Positions 1 through 9,739 of a DNA stretch of 64,000 bases are shown piece by piece. The DNA lies in assembly GCA_965644295.1 (NCBI GenBank), contig CBFFRP010000435.1, positions 201,486 to 265,485 of the forward strand, given 5' to 3'. Source of the DNA: Paraphysomonas bandaiensis. Taxonomy: Eukaryota; Protista; Chrysophyceae. Made by a program: the position numbers and the translations under genes. How positions within the stretch are numbered: the first letter of the stretch is position 1; each line of letters begins with the position of its first letter. The notes below the pieces were generated by a model. It saw nothing but the letters and a program-made list of their open reading frames with translations. It did no database searches and was not told the DNA's origin.

Positions 1-2478
1 ACCTTCTTCCACCATACGATCTTGGACCCTGTCCTCACATGACAGGTTTGCATATGCTACGAGACACCGTTGGCGAGTGATGTCATCAGTCATTTCCGAC
101 AGGTGGTTTAATGCCGATATGATATTGTTGTCACACAGAGACTCACGGCACGTCTCATAGTAGGAAAGTGAGGACAGAACTGCACAACAAAATTGTTTCG
201 TGATTACATCACCTTCGAGTGCACCTTGAACCACATTCGTCACTGCACCCGACTCAAGAATAAGAACGCAGTTTTCGACTGTGGTGCAGAGACGACACAG
301 TGCAGCGCATCCATACCTTACCGTCTCGATATCATCAGCAACTAGTAACTTGACAAGGGCAGGAATGATACCATCAGCCACCATGCGTTGCATTCCTATC
401 TCATAGGTGGCGATGTTACATAGGGTTGCTGCACATCGACGTTTGGTGATGGCGGAATTGTGAGATGCAAGGTTTATGACCGACGTAATCGCCCCTGCGT
501 TGACGATATGCTTCCTTGAGTCCTCCGCACAACTGAGATTAAAGTATGCTAGGGCGCAAAAGTCCTTCAATAAAGGGCTCTCATGAGCACTGAGGACAGT
601 AAGAGTTGTCACAAGGCCTTGTTGAACTATTGGTAAGTGGTTATCAGGAGAAGATAACAGGTTGCAAAGAGCAAGCAAGCCATGCTGAAGAGTAAATATA
701 TCGCCCGAGAGACGAAGCAAAGACGCAATTGCTGCCACGCTTCCCTCCTGCACAATGGTGATACGTACTGACGGTCTGCTGGAGAGAAGCTGGAAGGCAA
801 CAGCTGCTGGTTGCGATATACCGGGAATGGTGGGATATTTGACAGCAATATTACACAGAGCCATGATTCCTCCATCACTGATAACGCGAGTGCTATTCGA
901 AGACTCGAGGGCCAGACGAGATAGAGCAAGACCAATACATCTAAGTATAATCGGGTCTTGGTCAGAGGACAGACCATACGCTACTTGAACACAGTTACGT
1001 GACACCATTTCCGTGCGACAGGCTTTCGTAGCTGTCAAATTCTGTAGAATGACGGCACATACACGACGGGTACGGGTTTCCGCCCCCCTAGCTAGAGTTC
1101 CCAGGACAGAGATAACACCCTCTTCAACCATACGTAGACGGATTCCTTTGAGATCTGCTAAATTACACAGCGCCGCTGCGCAGAGGTGCTTTACACTGGC
1201 CGTGCCCGAAGAAGACAGCGTAATGAGGGCCCGTATAACTCGTTCCATCATTGGGTAAGAAGTATCTATGCAAGTCAAATTATAAAGACCTCGACAGCAT
1301 GCAGAGTGTAAGTCGGATCTTTGGCTGATAAGATTCATGAAACAAAGCACAATACTGTCCTCTACCAATTGCCACTCTCGTCCAGTTATGCGCGTTAAAT
1401 TCAGAAGACAAATCGCCAAATTTCCCGAAATGAAATCATCATTGCATGATGTGATCATTTCAGATATAACATTTACACACTTTTCTTCAATCATCTTTTC
1501 TGCCAATATCGTGTGCTCAGACATATATCTAAACGCACCAGCACAATACACAGATATCTTAGGGACCTTCTCATTCGCAAGCAGGATAATAGCACGAACT
1601 GCTCCTTCTTGAGCGAGTCTTTGGGCATTAGAAGGGTTTCGCGCCCAATTACAGAGGGCAGTTGCACAATACAGCTTGGAGCTAATCTCCGTTGCGTCAT
1701 CATCACCACTGTTTTGAACGACATTCCTTACCGCTAAATCAGCTTCATCATCGGGCCCCTGAGAGTCCTCCATCTGCAGAGTATTCGCTCGGGAGAATGA
1801 TTTCAAAGTAGCTGTATCTTGGGATCGTTTGGGAGGCATTCTCGAGAGGTAAAGCATACCACCCATATATTCGCCAGCCGTACCGAACATATCACCTTCG
1901 TATTTCGGAAGGATATGCTTCATTCCAGCGCCAAAAATAGCTTTCATTTCCTTGGCACTATCATGATCATCATCTTTAGCGGCTTCATCTTTAGCAGCCA
2001 TGCGTTGGGCACGCTGTTTGGCCAGTTTTTTCTCCAGCTTCACAGTGGCTAAGTTCTTTTCCTCGTTCTCCGGTAAACGGAGGGGCTTTCCGCGCTCCCT
2101 TTGTATATCCAACAATACTCTTGGCGGGGGGGACTCTGGTATATGGAGGAATCTCTTGCGAGTATTTCTCATACTCGATGAAGTTTTCTTTTCACTCTCG
2201 TTGACTTTTGATATAGCAATGGAAGACGCTCCAATAACATGCGACCTGAACAACATATCTTTGTACCGTTTGTCACCCGCGTGATCAAACCCTGCTTTAT
2301 TCTTGTTTTCGCGGCGCTTTTTATCGGCTTTCATGTCATTCAAAAGCTCCTGAAGGTTAACCCCTGCAAGTTCGGCAAATCGCTCTCGAAGCTCATCACC
2401 AGCAGGGTTTCCTGACTCATGTCTTATTTTACATGGTAATTTCTTTCGTTCCCACTGCCATAATTTGTCCAATTCCAT
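1..2478 (-). CDS. Armadillo/ARM-repeat protein (Vac8-like repeats), 3' end runs off window
   Basis: Manually translated open frame from ATG 2478 (MELDKLWQWERKK...) to base 1, with repeated ARM units such as CAAALCNLA, MVEEGVISVL, CAATLCNIA, GIIPALVKLL. Missed by the ORF track because no stop lies in the window. An upstream exon is possible (TGCAG just before the ATG). Confidence 0.88.
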   Translation of the reverse strand, partial: MELDKLWQWERKKLPCKIRHESGNPAGDELRERFAELAGVNLQELLNDMKADKKRRENKNKAGFDHAGDKRYKDMLFRSHVIGASSIAISKVNESEKKTSSSMRNTRKRFLHIPESPPPRVLLDIQRERGKPLRLPENEEKNLATVKLEKKLAKQRAQRMAAKDEAAKDDDHDSAKEMKAIFGAGMKHILPKYEGDMFGTAGEYMGGMLYLSRMPPKRSQDTATLKSFSRANTLQMEDSQGPDDEADLAVRNVVQNSGDDDATEISSKLYCATALCNWARNPSNAQRLAQEGAVRAIILLANEKVPKISVYCAGAFRYMSEHTILAEKMIEEKCVNVISEMITSCNDDFISGNLAICLLNLTRITGREWQLVEDSIVLCFMNLISQRSDLHSACCRGLYNLTCIDTSYPMMERVIRALITLSSSGTASVKHLCAAALCNLADLKGIRLRMVEEGVISVLGTLARGAETRTRRVCAVILQNLTATKACRTEMVSRNCVQVAYGLSSDQDPIILRCIGLALSRLALESSNSTRVISDGGIMALCNIAVKYPTIPGISQPAAVAFQLLSSRPSVRITIVQEGSVAAIASLLRLSGDIFTLQHGLLALCNLLSSPDNHLPIVQQGLVTTLTVLSAHESPLLKDFCALAYFNLSCAEDSRKHIVNAGAITSVINLASHNSAITKRRCAATLCNIATYEIGMQRMVADGIIPALVKLLVADDIETVRYGCAALCRLCTTVENCVLILESGAVTNVVQGALEGDVITKQFCCAVLSSLSYYETCRESLCDNNIISALNHLSEMTDDITRQRCLVAYANLSCEDRVQDRMVEEG

Positions 2479-3010
2479 ATCTGCAGAGGTGTATATAAGA
2501 CAAGCTCTTTATCGTTGAATAAATCGTTTGTATCTGTTTATCATTGACAGAGACTGTGTAGCAGTTACTCAGTTCGCTATCTTCAATAGCAGTACACAGT
2601 TAATGCAGTGTGTAATAGATGTTATCACTCTCTTTCAGACATCTACTGATAGATGCCTCTCTCCATATATATATATATGTATATATGTGTATGTATGTAT
2701 GTGTATGTATGTATACAGTGCTCTCATCCGCTGTATGTACCTAACATCAAGCTGTAACTGCTACTGTAGATCGTCTGGTAGTCTCCCGTATTCTGTTTTT
2801 GTAGCACTGTGTGTAGGGAAGGAATACCATGGAATACCCTGTATATCTAGGGGGCCCTTATACATATACGTACAGCAGTATTATGGGTATACATACCTAC
2901 CGGTATATGCTCTGTATACCTGTATAGGCATACAGCAGATAGCTCCTGCCTCTTGCTATAGCGAACTTAACTTATAGCCTATCGAGTCACTTATACACCA
3001 GACAAACAAG

Positions 3011-4068
3011 ATGATGCTACTCTCTATCGCATCTTTTATTTTAATTGCATGGATTGGCATCTCTATTTCAATTTTATCGAATCCAGTCTGCGATATTTAT
3101 TCCTCTCATGACACTTATGACAATCAAGATAACTCTCGTATAGTAGCTGTAGGAGATATTCATGGATCATTCACTGAATTTATGCTTATACTTAAGAAAG
3201 CTGGAATAACTGATGGGGAAACATGTCGATGGTTACCTCAGAAATACCCCACGAAGTTAATTCAGATTGGAGATGTCGTTGATAGAGGGTCCGGTGCCAC
3301 TGAAGCATGGGAATGTTTGGAGACATTGCAGTTAGAAGCACCTTCCAATGCCAATGTGATACGATTGATAGGAAATCATGAGCTTATGTGGTTGCAAGGA
3401 AACTTTCGTGATAGATCTCGCGCCGACACCAAGAAGAAAGTGGAAAAGTTAGTTGGAAAAATGAAAAGTGGAATTCGTAGTGGTACTGTGATTGCTTCAC
3501 ATGTGGAAAGAATCCACAACATTCCCCTCATGTTTGTGCATGCTGGCTTTCGTCCTGAAATGATTCAGTACCTAAAAAGCCATCATGGTAGTGATGGCTC
3601 TCCCGAAAGCTTGTCCCGGACACTGAACAGTATTGTAAAGGGGACTCTGCAAACTCAGTGTCTGTCAGACTCCAGCCCATGTTCTTTATCGGACGCTGTG
3701 TTTGGTGCAGGACCGGATAGGGGTGGAATGGGGATTGGGGGACCCTTCTGGACTGACTACAAGGTTCTTGCGAAAGCTGCCGCTGGTGGTGTGCCACAAG
3801 ACCCGTACATGATGCAGGTGTATTTTGTATTCGTTATTGTTACTTTGAGTTTTTTACTTTTCCAAAACAGATTGTAGGCCACACCGCTAGTCCGGGAAGT
3901 GTGCGATATGCAGCACACATGACTGCACTCTGCATTGACGCTGCGATGATGGTCGGAGTTGTATCATATCTTGAAATTAGTGTCACTGGCAAGTTTTTTA
4001 TTCATATGCTGAATAGTCGTACAAGTGACTGGGATACTCACGATTTGACGTCGAAAACTTGCTCATGA
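3011..4068 (+). CDS. Shewanella-like protein phosphatase (calcineurin-like metallophosphoesterase) with signal peptide/anchor; 2 exons
   Basis: Motifs GDIHG, GDVVDRG, GNHE, HAG and GGPFW. GT-AG intron 3818-3870; exon 2 supplies IVGHT and IDAAM and ends at TGA 4066-4068. Confidence 0.9.
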
Positions 4069-4363
4069 AACTGTAGTAATACATAGAGTGTATATACGTT
4101 AGCAATATTATTGAGAGGATGTTTTCTTGTTTTGTGTATATGCACCATTGAATGGAGTGCTGAATGTTAGTTCTGCAATCTTCGTGCTAGAGGACAAAAA
4201 AGGAATATGATAACATCGATCTGTGTTTTTTTTAACAATCTGAGGACTGGAATAACGACTTCTATAACGTTACGTTTTCTACCACTTAGAGCTAAGTTAG
4301 ACAGCTAGTGAACATATGTACTATGCACATTGTCCACTGTTAAATACAATATTAAAAATTATA

Positions 4364-5197
4364 TTATTTATATGGCATAATTATACGTTTCAATGACTCT
4401 GATCGTTGCATTGCCAGTCTAGCAGTATCAGGGTTGATGAAAGACAACAGCTTGTCGACGTCAGCTTGAGCGAACTGCTCTACAATTTTCCACATCGACG
4501 GGTCTCTAGATATATTAATAATACATTCAGGATCCAGTCCTTTTCTAACTACGCTAGGTGCACAAGCAATTGTCCCAGGTGACAGAACCAAACAATGTAC
4601 AAAAACCTCTGCCACTAACTGGTCCTGTTGGATGACTTTCAATATTTCATCTAAACATTCCTTAAAACGTTCTTCACTCGCGTTTTCCCCATGACGAACG
4701 TTATAGATAGCAAGCAGTAATTCAATTGATAGTGCATCTGAAATAACGCTACCAGAATTCGTGCATTTACTCCGTATTGAAGATTGTGAAAGTCGAGTCT
4801 CCATAACCTGCATTACCACGGACGTGGTATATTCCGCTGCACTACTGGGAGACCTGTGCTTCAAATACTGGCCAAAACATTCTCCAAGAACCTCTGACGC
4901 TTTCTCGTTCCATGATAGTAATGGAGATGAAATAATAGCTCTAAATATACAATCGTGGGGTGCGCTTATTATGCCTGCTATACTCATGTCCAAGAATGAA
5001 ACATCTGCTATTTTAACTTTATCTTGTACGCTTTCAGCACACACCTGATTTCCATACTTCGATACTAAGCTTGCCCATTTGAAACTCTTAGTAACAGTAA
5101 TTGGAGTCCAATTTAAGAACTTTAAGCTTCTTGTCATATGTAACACATTGAAGAACGTTACGATATATTTCTCAATAGATTCTTGCGGCGGAGACAT
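4364..5197 (-). CDS. Hypothetical protein with FANCF-like N-terminus
   Basis: 277-aa ORF. FFNVLHMTRSLKFLNWTPITVTKSFKWA resembles, from memory, the FANCF N-terminal pattern F..LL..S.....W....V..A..WA. Confidence 0.5.
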   Translation of the reverse strand: MSPPQESIEKYIVTFFNVLHMTRSLKFLNWTPITVTKSFKWASLVSKYGNQVCAESVQDKVKIADVSFLDMSIAGIISAPHDCIFRAIISSPLLSWNEKASEVLGECFGQYLKHRSPSSAAEYTTSVVMQVMETRLSQSSIRSKCTNSGSVISDALSIELLLAIYNVRHGENASEERFKECLDEILKVIQQDQLVAEVFVHCLVLSPGTIACAPSVVRKGLDPECIINISRDPSMWKIVEQFAQADVDKLLSFINPDTARLAMQRSESLKRIIMPYK

Positions 5198-5752
5198 GAA
5201 ACTGTACCCAGCAGATCGGTTGATATCGATTCGCTGGATTCACATCTCATAGCAAATGCTGATTGTGATATTTAGAGCCCCCATCTATGACTATATAAGA
5301 CACTGAGTTACTGTATTGTAATATACACACACAGTATATACTGTTGCACGTACACACGTATATCATACGGCCTGTATATCAGAATACCGTATCTACAGTA
5401 TACATACCGTATTCTACCTCACCATCTAAATATTTTTCCAAGAAATTTGTTTCAACTGTTGCCAATATTTGGTTGAAGATATCACAGTTTTGGAGTTCGA
5501 GAGTGATGTAATGTACATATCCTGGTGGTGTGTGTGGTGCTGGGCTACTATAAAAATTGTTCGAGATCATTTTGACCTGATACAAATACCACTCTCCTAT
5601 ATATATATACTGTACTACAGTATCTACAGCTGTGAAGTTCAACACCCTCACCCATATATATATACATACCACAGCACACCAGATCCTCCATACTCCACCC
5701 TCTCACTCCACTATTATGAACTAGGAAAGAACTCACATCATATACTATACAT

Positions 5753-8700
5753 ATGATGTGGATAGGAGTATTACTTTATCTCCCTCTATTAACTGTGATT
5801 AAAGGATTCTCTCTCAGTGATTACTTTAAGATCTCTGATAGTTTTACGGGTTATATAGATAACACTGTAGAGTATCATCCATATGATGTATATATCCAAG
5901 TTAATAGGGCAGATTTTCAATGGGTGTTACTTGGACAAACACGGAAGTGTCAGATACGAGTCGAGCATAGCCCATGGATGGATAGTAAGATATCTCTACA
6001 GGGTCGATCCAGTAGATTTCTACCATTACCAAAGAAACCCTATAAAGTCAGAATGTCTACTGAAGATGGGGTTAATCATGAGCTTGTATTCAAACATTCC
6101 TATGAAGATCCATCTTTTTCTCGAGAAAAGTTGGCTCAAGATGTGGTAATGAACACTGATGGTATGTCTATAGCTGTTACTCATGTTAACCTCTATATAA
6201 ATGGCGAGTACAACGGATTGTATCAGATGAGGGAGACTGTTGAGGTTAAGATGCTTCATAGATGGTTTGGAAAGCAACCAGAGGTGTGGTACAATGTCGC
6301 TGACCAGTACGGTATTGATGTTATCACACCTGCTGGAGAACAATTTACAACTAACTTGAAGAAACTGGAAAGAGCAGACACCAGCAGTAAATTCGAACTC
6401 ACAAAGCCTCTCTACGATCTCTCTAACAAGTCTGTTCCTATGCACGCTGTTGTTAATCTTACATCCCTGAATGCGGTATTGATATCTATGAAACTTTTGC
6501 TTATTACAGACGTCTCGGTGCGAAATTTCTTTCTTGCAGTTGATCCAGATACATCCTTGATACACACGATATTATGGGACGCAGATCAAACACTTGGTGT
6601 CCATCAAAACGAGGGCGCTTCTATCGAAGTCTCACCCCAATTACCTTATTTCAAAGCTGTTGGTCGTAAGTTGTGGCCATCGTCTAAAGAAAAAATCTTT
6701 AGCGGAACGAACGCTGGGCGCACCGAGTACGATACATATAATGATACCGTCTATCGGGTAATGGACAAACCGGATGGTGCGCTGAGTGTAGACTCTTTAA
6801 AAAAATTTACGGAAACAATGCGACGCGCTCTTGCGCCTTCTGCGAAGAAAGATGCGGATAAATGGAGTGGATGGTACTGCGCTGGACGTATGGATTTTGA
6901 CAGTGCTATGGAAGAGATGGAGACCGTACTTTTGGCACGTCGTCACAATTACTTGGCGGGAGATACTGGGGATCAGATTGAGGGAAACTTCTACAAGCCT
7001 TATGGATGTGATGACCAGTATGTAGGGAAAGCAGACAGCGGCATGCTTCTTTTTCTCACTTTGGTGCTATGTATAAATAGCGTTGCCTTCTTGGTGCCTT
7101 CATCTCTCCCTATGTCACTTGTATCCAAAACCGAACCTATTTCTTTCAAGCAACTGTACTCCACTATATTGCCGAGTTATATGCAAGATTGTAAGGAACG
7201 ACTACTTATGTACGATTACTGGTTGAATGTTTGTGTGGCTCTTCTTCTTTACTTCGGCTATAAGGTGTACGCCTTCTACGATGTACTTGATGACTCTGAG
7301 ATTCTAGGCAATGAGTATATGGCCGATGTAAAGTATATATGGATATACTTCGCAGTTGCTATCAATGTCACCTTTCTTGTTCGCAACAATATTTTTCGGG
7401 TTGTAATGTGGATAATCATAGTGGTCTTCACTAATATATACACTATTATTGATCTAGTAGAGTTCGTGGGTGCTGAAAGCGATGAAAGTTCAGTTAACAG
7501 TAAGGGTATATCAATATCGGTGGACAATGCGGACTATCCCGCTGTTTTTGCCCTTTTTGTAGCCTGGAGAGTAACTTCGCAGTTCGTTATCATGGCCTAC
7601 AGTCTGCGCATTCCTAGCATATCTCGTGAAATAACCTTGTTCCTTGATGCATATGATCTTGGCAAGGGAATTGTGAAGGCTTCGCTTCTGGAGCTATCTG
7701 CGGTTAAGATTGTAAAACGTGATGCAGTTGTACCACATTTGACTTCGCGTGAAGGAGACTTAAGTGGCTCTAATAGCTGTGAACATAACCAATGTGAAGA
7801 TGACGGGATTTCGAAGGAGAAACCAGCTGAGTGGAATGAAGCAGAAGAAACATCCCTACCAGACGAGTGTTGCCAGGATCTGGAAATGTGTAATTATGCT
7901 GTATTAGGATCCGATATACCGCGTGAAAATACACTTGAATGCGAGCCTACTGTAAAAAACTCCGTTGAAAATAACGCTGAGCAACGCGCTGCCTATAAGA
8001 AGTCAATGAAATCATTCATGCGCCTCAACATGGCTGTTTTTATTGCAATATGTGTCGCTTTCATAATCTATATCGGGGTCAAAGGCAAGCTCAAGAAGGT
8101 TGCGAGTGATATATTCTTTTCGACGTTTCTTTCCATTGCTATCCTGATAAATATTCGCGCATTTTACTCATGCTGCAAGTGGTTCTGGCTCTTTGCATAT
8201 GGATTTGATACGTCAGCATTGGATATAATGTTTAGTAGCAGAGATAATGATGACACCTGGTCCCTTTCTGCTGTCAAGACAATGCCTGTTGTAACCCGTC
8301 AGACGCCCTTCAATTACTTGCTACCCTTTCAAGCGTTATCAACAGAGAAAAAGGTACGCGCTGTAGATGGATGGATCAAAAAGTTTGCACATACATACGA
8401 TGGTCTGCTTGTTTTCGTCTTGAGTGCTGAAAGCTTCAGTCATGGTGGGAATTCCATAGAAACATACAGCCTCGCCTATGCGATATCACTGATATACATG
8501 ATCATATATGTTTTGACTTATAGTAGCAACAACAGCTGGTCGTGGATAATGTACGGTGCCAAGGCTCGTATCATGGATGGTTATTTGGGGAGGGAGAACG
8601 AGATATTCGGGTACATGTTCGACAAATATATGCTACCAGTCTCAGCCCCATTGTTGTTATGGCTCAATGGTATTGCTCATGGCGAAAACGAAATTATCTA

Positions 8701-9037
8701 CTTAACATGGTACATTTTTATGCCCATCATTATTGGGGACTCATTTGCGGAGATTGTGGGTGGTACTTGGGGAAAGCAACGCATCAAAGTGTTTGGAATG
8801 GGGGAGGAGAACAAGAAGAGTTGGGAAGGGACAATCGCGATGTTTGCGAGCAGTTTTATCATTCTGGTCGTAGTTAACATCTACGCGGGACTTGCTTGGC
8901 ATTGGTATTTATTTGCATTCATCAATTGTATTGTTGCCACAGTCGTAGAACTCTACGCATATCGGAGCACTGACAATGTATGCATGCTTCTGCTAAGTTC
9001 CTTATTAGCAGTTGCGTATGTCACTATAAAAAGTTAG
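5753..9037 (+). CDS. Signal peptide + CotH kinase domain + multipass TM region + CTP-dependent dolichol/phytol kinase-like domain
   Basis: CotH motifs GRSS..PKKPYKV, DPSFSREKL, VNLYINGEYNGLY, D..RNFFL and WDADQTLG. C-terminal KKFAH, GDSFAEIVG..WG, KKSWEG and E......DN are typical of SEC59/VTE5/DGK1-type kinases. Single 1094-aa ORF. Confidence 0.85.
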   Translation: MMWIGVLLYLPLLTVIKGFSLSDYFKISDSFTGYIDNTVEYHPYDVYIQVNRADFQWVLLGQTRKCQIRVEHSPWMDSKISLQGRSSRFLPLPKKPYKVRMSTEDGVNHELVFKHSYEDPSFSREKLAQDVVMNTDGMSIAVTHVNLYINGEYNGLYQMRETVEVKMLHRWFGKQPEVWYNVADQYGIDVITPAGEQFTTNLKKLERADTSSKFELTKPLYDLSNKSVPMHAVVNLTSLNAVLISMKLLLITDVSVRNFFLAVDPDTSLIHTILWDADQTLGVHQNEGASIEVSPQLPYFKAVGRKLWPSSKEKIFSGTNAGRTEYDTYNDTVYRVMDKPDGALSVDSLKKFTETMRRALAPSAKKDADKWSGWYCAGRMDFDSAMEEMETVLLARRHNYLAGDTGDQIEGNFYKPYGCDDQYVGKADSGMLLFLTLVLCINSVAFLVPSSLPMSLVSKTEPISFKQLYSTILPSYMQDCKERLLMYDYWLNVCVALLLYFGYKVYAFYDVLDDSEILGNEYMADVKYIWIYFAVAINVTFLVRNNIFRVVMWIIIVVFTNIYTIIDLVEFVGAESDESSVNSKGISISVDNADYPAVFALFVAWRVTSQFVIMAYSLRIPSISREITLFLDAYDLGKGIVKASLLELSAVKIVKRDAVVPHLTSREGDLSGSNSCEHNQCEDDGISKEKPAEWNEAEETSLPDECCQDLEMCNYAVLGSDIPRENTLECEPTVKNSVENNAEQRAAYKKSMKSFMRLNMAVFIAICVAFIIYIGVKGKLKKVASDIFFSTFLSIAILINIRAFYSCCKWFWLFAYGFDTSALDIMFSSRDNDDTWSLSAVKTMPVVTRQTPFNYLLPFQALSTEKKVRAVDGWIKKFAHTYDGLLVFVLSAESFSHGGNSIETYSLAYAISLIYMIIYVLTYSSNNSWSWIMYGAKARIMDGYLGRENEIFGYMFDKYMLPVSAPLLLWLNGIAHGENEIIYLTWYIFMPIIIGDSFAEIVGGTWGKQRIKVFGMGEENKKSWEGTIAMFASSFIILVVVNIYAGLAWHWYLFAFINCIVATVVELYAYRSTDNVCMLLLSSLLAVAYVTIKS

Positions 9038-9339
9038 ACTATTATCGAGTATCTGTACCTACTGACAAAGTCTCGAATCCCTTTTTATGACGAAATTCAC
9101 TGCTTGCTGATTTGACAATATAGATAACTGTATATTTTTTATTATTCAATTATAACGTGGCGATAATAATATCAAAGTAATATATTTGAAATATATATCT
9201 ACCGTAATGCTGGTCGTTATACTATAGGCAAGTTTACGTAGCTCAATATTTTTAATTCTTAAAAATTTAGGCAATTACATACAAAACTAAGTTAGGAATT
9301 GAAAACAATCGCGAGCATATATCGAACTATGATTATATT

Positions 9340-9618
9340 TGTTGAGTTGTCCTGTTTGAGAGCAATTAAAAGCTGTAGTTCTACGATACTCAGAATTATG
9401 ACCGTTACATATTACATGAAGAATACAGTAGTGATTAACAGTATTAAATGAATTATATAGTAGAGAAACTGAAATATACTGCTGGTATAAGATCTTATGA
9501 AAATGATTAGTAGTTGAGATAACATAAATTAGGCAAATGACAATGAATGATAAGTGAGATTGATTACAATTCATAAGTAAAGCATTGAGTGTATATTACG
9601 TTCAGCTAATAGCTTACA
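9340..9618 (+). mobile_element. Degenerate solo LTR, Copia family related to 43369-43688
   Basis: Starts TGTTGAGTTG..CTGTTTG.GAGCAATTAAAAGCTGTAGTT and shares further blocks (GAATACAGTAGT, AAACTGAAATATACTG) with the Copia 3' LTR. Right end approximate. Confidence 0.7.
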
Positions 9619-9739
9619 CCATCCTAATTGTGTCAAATACATAACCCAACCAACATCAAAATAGTACAAAATCATTAATATCACTCGTTAATCTAGATCA
9701 ATTCTATACAATACAGTAAATCACATTATGAACCCCACC

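Noticed and set aside
627-2284. Numerous short ORFs on both strands
   Set aside because: Shadows of the long minus-strand ARM-repeat frame.
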